Source: the human T2T-CHM13v2.0 reference genome, Homo sapiens
Length of the DNA: 64,000 nucleotides
Assembly (NCBI RefSeq): GCF_009914755.1
Contig: NC_060925.1
Reading direction: 5' to 3' (one strand)
Shown in pieces: positions 55,801 to 64,000 of this stretch (positions within the stretch are counted from its first letter, which is position 1; each line of letters starts with the position of its first letter). Below the pieces are notes generated by a model. That model made no database searches, was not told the DNA's origin, and worked only from the letters and a program-made list of their open reading frames with translations. The position numbers were made by a program, and so were the translations under genes.

Positions 55801-58800
55801 TCGTCATCGAATGAATTGAATGCAATCATCGAATGGTCTCGAATGGATTCATCTTCTAATGGAAAGGAATGGAATCATCGCATAGAATCGAATGGAATTA
55901 TCATCGAATGGAATCGAATGGTATCAACACCAAACGGAAAAAAACGGAATTATCGAATGGAATCGAAGAGAATCTTCGAACGGACCCGAATGGAATCATC
56001 TAATGGAATGGAATGGAATAATCCATGGACTCGAATGCAATCATCATCGAATGGAATCGAATGGAATCATCGAATGGACTCGAATGGAATAATCATTGAA
56101 CGGAATCGAATGGAATCATCATCGGATGGAAACGAATGGAATCATCATCGAATGGAAATGAAAGGAGTCATCATCTAATGGAATTGCATGGAATCATCAT
56201 CAAATGGAATCGAATGGAATCAACATCAAATGGAATCAAATGGAATCATTGAACGGAATTGAATGGAATCATCATCGAATGAATTGAATGCAATCATCGA
56301 ATGGTCTCGAATGGAATCATCTTCAAATGGAATGGAATGGAATCATCGCATAGAATCGAATGGAATTATCATCGAATGGAATCGAATGGAATCAACATCA
56401 AACGGAAAAAAACGTAATTATCGAATGGAATCGAAGAGAATCATCGAATGGACCCGAATGGAATCATCTAATGGAAAGGAATGGAATAATCCATGGACTC
56501 GAATGCAATCATCATCGAATGGAATCGAATGGAATCATCGAATGGACTCGAATGGAATAATCATTGAACGGAATCGAATGGAATCATCATCGGATGGAAA
56601 TGAATGGAATCATCATCGAATGGAATCGAATAGAATTATGGAATGAAATCCAGTGTGATCATCATCGAATGGACCCGAATGGAATCATCATCCAACGGAA
56701 GCTAATGGAATCAACATCGAATGAATCAAATGGAAACACCATCGAATTGAAACGAATGGAATTACCATGAAATTGAAATGGATGGACTCATCCTCAAATG
56801 GATTCGAATGGAATCATCGAATAAAATTGATTGAAATCATCATCGAATGGAATCGAATGGTATCATTGAATGGAATCGAATGGAATCATCATCAGATGGA
56901 AATGAAAGGAATCGTCATAGAATGGAATCGAATGGATTCATTGAATGGAATCAGATGGAATCATTGAATGGACTGGAATGGAATCATTGAATGGACTCGA
57001 AAGGGATCATTATTGAATGGAATTGAATGGAATCATGGAATGGTCTCGATTGGAATCATTATCAAATGGAATCGAATGGAATCACCGAATATAATCGAAT
57101 GGAACAATCATCGAATGGACTCAAATGGAATTATCCTCAAATGGAATTGAATGGAATTATCGAATGCAATCGAATGGAATTATCGAATGCAATCGAATAG
57201 AATCATCGAATGGACTCGAATGGAATCATCGAATGGAATGGAATGGAACAGTCAATGAACTCGAATGGAATCATCATTGAATGGAATCGAATGGAATCAT
57301 CGAGTGGAATCGAATGTAATCATCATCAAATGGAATCAAAAATAACCATCATCAAATGGAATCAAAAATAACCATCATCAATTGGTATTGAATGGAATTC
57401 TCATCAAATGGAATTCAAAGGAATCATCATCAAATGGAACCGAATGGAATCCTCATTGAATGGAAATGAAAGGGGTCATCATCTAATGGAATCGCAAGGA
57501 ATCATCATAAAATGGAATCGAATGGAATCAACATCAAATGGAATCAAATGGAATCATTGAACGGAATTGAATGGAATCGTCATCGAATGAATTGAAAGCA
57601 ATCATCGAATGGTCTCGAATGGAATCATCTTCAAATGGAATGGAATGGAATCATCGCATAGAATTGAAAGGAATTATCATCGAATGGAATCGAATGGAAT
57701 CAACACCAAACGGAAAAAAACGGAATTATCGAATGGAATCGAAGAGAATCATCGAATGGACCCGAATGGAATCATCTAATGGAATGGAATGGAATAATCC
57801 ATGGACTCGAATGCAATCATCATCGAATGGAATCGAATGGAATCATCCAATGGACTCGAATGGAATAATCATTGAACGGAATCGAATGGAATCATCATCG
57901 GATGGAAATGAATGGAATCATCATCGAATGGAATCGAATAGAATTATGGAATGAAATCCAGAGTGATCATCATCGAATGGACCCGAATGGAATCATCATC
58001 CAACGGATGCTAATGGAATCAACATCGAATGAATCAAATGGAAACACCATCGAATTGAAACGAATGGAATTACCATGAAATTGAAATGGATGGACTCATC
58101 ATCGAATGGATTCGAAAGGAATCATCGAATAAAATTGATTGAAATCATCATCGAATGGAATCGAATGGTATCATTGAATGGAATCGAATGGAATCATCAT
58201 CAGATGGAAATGAATGGAATCGTCATAGAATGGAATCGAATGGATTCATTGAATGGAATCAGATGGAATCATCGAATGGACTGGAATGGAATCATTGAAT
58301 GGACTCGAAAGAGATCATGATTGAATGGAATTGAATAGAATCATCGAATGGTCTCGATTGGAATCATTATCAAATGGAATCGAATGGAATCACCGAATAG
58401 AATCGAATGGAACAATCATCGAATGGACTCAAATGGAATTATCCTCAAATGGAATCGAATGGAATTATCGAATGCAATCGAATGGAATTATCGAATGCAA
58501 TCGAATAGAATCATCGAATGGACTCGAATGGAATCATCGAATGGAATGGAATGGAACAGTCAATGAACTCGAATGGAATCATCATTGAATGGAATCGAAT
58601 GGAATCATCGAGTGGAATCGAATGGAATTATGATCAAATGGAATCGAATGTAATCATCATCAAATGGAATCAAAAATAACCATCATCAATTGGTATTGAA
58701 TGGAATTGTCATCAAGTGGAATTCAAAGGAAACATCATCAAATGGAACCGAATGGAATCCTCATTGAATGGAAATGAAAGGGGTCATCGTCTAATGGAAT

Positions 58801-58878
58801 CGCATGGAATCATCATCAAATGGAATCGAATGGAATCATCATCAAATGGAATCTAATGGAATCATTCAACAGAATTGA
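49885..58878 (+). repeat. Second rearranged HSat2 domain
   Basis: Spacings 1704, 2218, 1988 (1776+212), 1776 and 1308. Confidence 0.85.
55412..55835 (+). repeat. 212-bp tandem duplication spanning the C/A boundary
   Basis: Junction atcgaatg-gtc-atcaaatggaattcaaagg at about 55624. Subunit-A anchors occur at both 55583 and 55795. Confidence 0.88.
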
Positions 58879-61800
58879 ATGGAATCGTCATCGAATGAAT
58901 TGAATGCAATCATCGAATGGTCTCGAATGGAACCATCTTCTAATGGAAAGGAATGGAATCATCGCATAGAATCGAATGGAATTGTCATCGAATGGAATCG
59001 AATGGTATCAACACCAAACGGAAAAAAACGGAATTATCGAATGGAATCGAAGAGAATCTTCGAACGGACCCGAATGGAATCATCTAATGGAATGGAATGG
59101 AATAATCCATGGACTCGAATGCAATCATCATCGAATGGAATCGAATGGAATCATCGAATGGACTCGAATGGAATAATCATTGAACGGAATCGAATGGAAT
59201 CATCATCGGATGGAAACGAATGGAATCATCATCGGATGGGAATGAAAGGAGTCATCATCTAATGGAATTGCATGGAATCATCATAAAATGGAATCGAATG
59301 GAATCAACATCAAATGGAATCAAATGGAATCATTGAACGGAATTGAATGGAATCGTCATCGAATGAATTGAATGCAATCATCGAATGGTCTCGAATGGAA
59401 TCATCTTCAAATGGAATGGAATGGAATCATTGCATAGAATCGAATGGAATTATCATCGAATGGAATCGAATGGTATCAACATCAAACGGAAAAAAACGGA
59501 ATTATCGAATGGAATCGAAGAGAATCTTCGAACGTACCCGAATGGAATCATCTAATGGAGTGGAATGGAATAATCCATGGACTCGAATGCAATCATCATC
59601 GAATGGAATCGAATGGAATCATCGAATGGTCTCGAATGGAATAATCATTGAACGGAATCGAATGGAATCATCATCGGATGGAAATGAATGGAATGATCAT
59701 CGAATGGAATCGAATAGAATTATGGAATGAAATCCAGTGTGATCATCATCGAATGGACCCGAATGGAATCATCATCCAACGGAAGCTAATGGAATCAACA
59801 TCGAATGAATCGAATGGAAACACCATCGAATTGAAACGAATGGAATTATCATGAAATTGAAATGGATGGACCCATCATCGAATGGATTCGAATGGAATCA
59901 TCGAATAAAATTGATTGAAATCATCATCAAATGGAATCGAATGGTGTCATTGAATGGGATCGAATGGAATCATCGTCAGATGGAAATGAATGGAATCGTC
60001 ATAGAATGGAATCGAATGGATTCATTGAATGGAATCAGATGGAATCATCGAATGGACTGGAATGGAATCATTGAATGGACTCGAATGGAATCATTATTGA
60101 ATGGAATTGAATGGAATCATCGAATGGTCTCGATTGGGATCATTATCACATGGAATCGAATGGAATCACCGAATAGAATCGAATGGAACAATCATCGAAT
60201 TGACTCAAATGGAATTATCCTCAAATGGAATCGAATGGAATTATCGAATGCAATCGAATGGAATTATCGAATGCAATCGAATAGAATCATCGAATGGACT
60301 CGAATGGAATCATCGAATGGAATGGAATGGAACAGTCAATGAACTCGAATGGAATCATCATTGAATGGAATCGAATGGAATCATCGAGTGGAATCGAATG
60401 GAATTATGATCAAATGGAATCGAATGTAATCCTCATCAAATGGAATCAAAAATAACGATCATCAATTGGTATTGAATGGAATTGTCATCAAATGGAATTG
60501 AAAGGAATCATCATCAAATGGAACCGAATGGAATCCTCATTGAATGGAAATGAAAGTGGTCATCATCTAATGGAATCGCATGGAATCATCATCAAATGGA
60601 ATCGAATGGAATCATCATGAAATGGAATCTAAGGGAATCATTGAACAGAATTGAATGGAATCGTCATCGAATGAATTGAATGCAATCATCGAATGGTCTC
60701 GAATGGAATCATCTTCAAATGGAAAGGAATGGAATCATCGCATAGAATCGAATGGAATTATCATCGAATGGAATCCAATGGTATCAACACCAAACGGAAA
60801 AAAACGGAATTATGGAATGGAATCGAAGAGAATCTTCGAACGGACCCGAATGGAATCATCTAATGGAATGGAATGGAATAATCCATGGACTCGAATGCAA
60901 TCATCATCAAATGGAATCGAATGGAATCATCGAATGGACTCGAATGGAATAATCATTGAACGGAATCGAATGGAATCATCATCGGATGGAAACGAATGGA
61001 ATCATCATCGAATGGAAATGAAAGGAGTCATCATCTAATGGAATTGCATGGAATCATCATAAAATGGAATCGAATGGAATCAACATCAAATGGAATCAAA
61101 TGGAATCATTGAACGGAATTGAATGGAATCGTCATCGAATGAATTGACTGCAATCATCGAATGGTCTCGAATGGAATCATCTTCAAATGGAATGGAATGG
61201 AATCATCGCATAGAATCGAATGGAATTATCATCGAATGGATTCGAATGGAATCAACATCAAACGGAAAAAAACGGAATTATCGAATGGAATCGAAGGGAA
61301 TCATCGAAGGGACCCGAATGGAATCATCTAATGGAATGGAATGGAATAATCCATGGACTCGAATGCAATCATCATCGAATGGAATCGAATGGAATCATCG
61401 AATGGACTCGAATGGAATAATCATTGAACGGAATCGAATGGAATCATCATCGGATGGAAATGAATGGAGTCATCATCGAATGGAATCGAATAGAATTATG
61501 GAATGAAATCCAGTGTGATCATCATCGAATGGACCCGAATGGAATCATCATCCAACGGAAGCTAATGGAATCAACATCGAATGAATCAAATGGAAACACC
61601 ATCGAATTGAAACGAATGGAATTACCATGAAATTAAATTGGATGGACTCATCCTCAAATGGATTCGAGTGGAATCATCGAATAAAATTGATTGAAATCAT
61701 CATCAAATGGAATCGAATGGTATCATTGAATGGAATCGAATGGAATCATCATCAGATGGAAATGAAAGGAATCGTCATAGAATGGAATCAAATGGATTCA

Positions 61801-64000
61801 TTGAATGGAATCAGATGGAATCATCGAATGGACTGGAATGGAATCATTGAATGGACTCGAAAGGGATCATTATTGAATGGAATTGAATGGAATCATCGAA
61901 TGGTCTCGATTGGAATCATTATCAAATGGAATCGAATGGAATCACCGAATAGAATCGAATGGAACAATCATCGAATGGACTCAAATGGAATTATCCTCAA
62001 ATGGAATCGAATGGAATTATCGAATGAAATCGAATGGAATTATCGAATGCAATCGAATAGAATCATCGAATGGACTCGAATGGAATCATCGAATGGAATG
62101 GAATGGAACAGTCAATGAACTCGAATGGAATCATCATTGAATGGAATCGAATGGAATCATCGAGTGGAATCGAATGTAATCATCATCAAATGGAATCAAA
62201 AATAACCATCATCAAATGGAATCAAAAATAACCATCATCAATTGGTATTGAATGGAATTCTCATCAAATGGAATTCAAAGGAATCATCATCAAATGGAAC
62301 CGAATGGAATCCTCATTGAATGGAAATGAAAGGGGTCATCATCTAATGGAATCGCATGGAATCATCATCAAATGGAATCGAATGGAATCATCATCAAATG
62401 GAATCTAATGGAATCATTGAAAAGAATTGAATGGAATAGTCATCGAATGAATTGAATGCAATCATCGAATGGTCTCGAATGGAATCATCTTCTAATGGAA
62501 AGGAATGGAATCATCGCATAGAATCGAATGGAATTATCATCGAATGGAATCGAATGATATCAACACCAAACGGAAAATAACGGAATTATCGAATGGAATC
62601 GAAGAGAATCTTCGAACGGACCCGAATGGAATCATCTAATGGAATGGAATGGAATAATCCATGGACTCGAATGCAATCATCATCGAATGGAATCGAATGG
62701 AATCATCGAATGGACTCGAATGGAATAATCATTGAACGGAATCGAATGGAATCATCATCGGATGGAAACGAATGGAATCATCATCGAATGGAAATGAAAG
62801 GAGTCATCATCTAATGGAATTGCATGGAATCATCATCAAATGGAATCGAATGGAATCAACATCAAATGGAATCAAATGGAATCATTGAACGGAATTGAAT
62901 GGAATCGTCATCGAATGAATTGAATGCAATCATCGAATGGTCTCAAATGGAATCATCTTCAAATGGAATGGAATGGAATCATCGCATAGAATCGAATGGA
63001 ATTATCATCTAATGGAATCGAATGGAATCAACATCAAACGGAAAAAAACGGAATTATCGAATGGAATCGAAGAGAATCATCGAATGGACCCGAATGGAAT
63101 CATCTAATGGAATGGAATGGAATAATCCATGGACTCGAATGCAATCATCATCGAATGGAATCGAATGGAATCATCGAATGGACTCGAATGGAATAATCAT
63201 TGAACGGAATCGAATGGAATCGTCATCGGATGGAAATGAATGGAATCATCATCGAATGGAATCGAATAGAATTATGGAATGAAATCCAGGGTGATCATCA
63301 TCGAATGGACCCGAATGGAATCATCATCCAACGGAAGCTAATGGAATCAACATCGAATGAATCGAATGGAAACACCATCGAATTGAAACGAATGGAATTA
63401 CCATGAAATTGAAATGGATGGACTCATCATCGAATGGATTCGAATGGAATCATCGAATAAAATTGATTGAAATCATCATCGAATGGTATCGAATGGTATC
63501 ATTGAATGGAATCGAATGGAATCATCCTCAGATGGAAATGAATGGAATCGTCATAGAATGGAATCGAATGGATTCATTGAATGGAATCAGATGGAATCAA
63601 CGAATGGACTGGAATGGAATCATTGAATGGACTCGAAAGGGATCATTATTGAATGGAATTGAATGGAATCATCGAATGGTCCCGATTGGAATCATTATCA
63701 AATGGAATCGAATGGAATCACCGAATAGAATCGAATGGAACAATCATCGAATGGACTCAAATGGAATTATCCTCAAATGGAATCGAATGGAATTATCGAA
63801 TGCAATCGAATGGAATTATCGAATGCAATCGAATAGAATCATCGAATGGACTCGAATGGAATCATCGAATGGAATGGAATGGAACAGTCAATGAACTCGA
63901 ATGGAATCATCATTGAATGGAATCGAATGGAATCATCGAGTGGAATCGAATGGAATTATGATCAAATGGAATCGAATGTAATCATCATCAAATGGAATCA

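Larger units (their letters stand above)
1..64000 (+). repeat. Human Satellite II (HSat2) tandem array, GGAAT strand on +, about 35 copies of a 1776-bp higher-order unit (chr1q12-type 1.77-kb satellite, HSat2A/D1Z1/pUC1.77-like)
   Basis: The sequence consists throughout of GAATG/GAATC pentamers with ATCATCG interruptions and dense TCGA, which is HSat2-like rather than pure (GGAAT)n HSat3. Equivalent positions recur at exactly 1776 bp (32151, 33927, 35703, 37479, 39255, 41031, 42807). The marker aaatccagtgtgatc, including two single-base variants, occurs 34 times by my count. Confidence 0.97.

Noticed and set aside
372-63916. About 190 short + strand ORFs (MESSSNELNAIIEW..., MKLKWMDSS...) resembling a repeated gene cluster
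   Set aside because: They are translations of GGAAT-derived repeats (MEWN/GIIEW/RMES), overlap in several frames, and are freely broken by frameshifts and stops between units. Similar database 'proteins' are typically satellite contamination or mis-annotation.
1-64000. CRISPR-like or other repeat-spacer array
   Set aside because: There are no unique spacers (intervening sequence is itself repeat-derived and recurs every unit) and no cas or other genes.
1-64000. HSat3 (pure GGAAT) classification
   Set aside because: Uninterrupted GGAAT runs are only 3-4 copies long. The dominant ATCATCGAATGG/TCGA motif is characteristic of HSat2, although older literature called the 1.77-kb clone satellite III.
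1-64000. Strand inversion, or embedded Alu/L1/alpha satellite
   Set aside because: On reading through, every line stays GGAAT-oriented satellite. No CATTC-strand block or non-satellite stretch was seen.

Overview
The whole 64 kb window is one uninterrupted, single-orientation block of human-type Satellite II (HSat2) pericentromeric DNA. It is built from diverged GGAAT/CATTC pentamers organised as 23/26-bp monomers (aatggaatcgaatggaatcatc(atc)g). These form a 1776-bp higher-order unit: 468-bp subunit A, 468-bp subunit B, and a unique segment C of about 840 bp, with normally one EcoRI site per unit. This matches the classic 1.77-kb chromosome 1q12 satellite (pUC1.77/D1Z1, HSat2A-type); the chromosome assignment comes from recall, not a search. 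There are about 35 units. All ORFs in the track are translation artefacts of the satellite. I found no genes, transposons, CRISPR arrays, inversions or foreign insertions, and no novel protein-coding system. The informative signal is structural: subunit copy-number changes (1-4 copies of the 468-bp subunit), monomer-register indels, a divergent subunit lineage, length-neutral out-of-register conversions, local dimer periodicity, long-range shared haplotype tracts, and alternating ordered and disordered domains. Lengths were derived by hand from ORF-track spacings and visual alignment.
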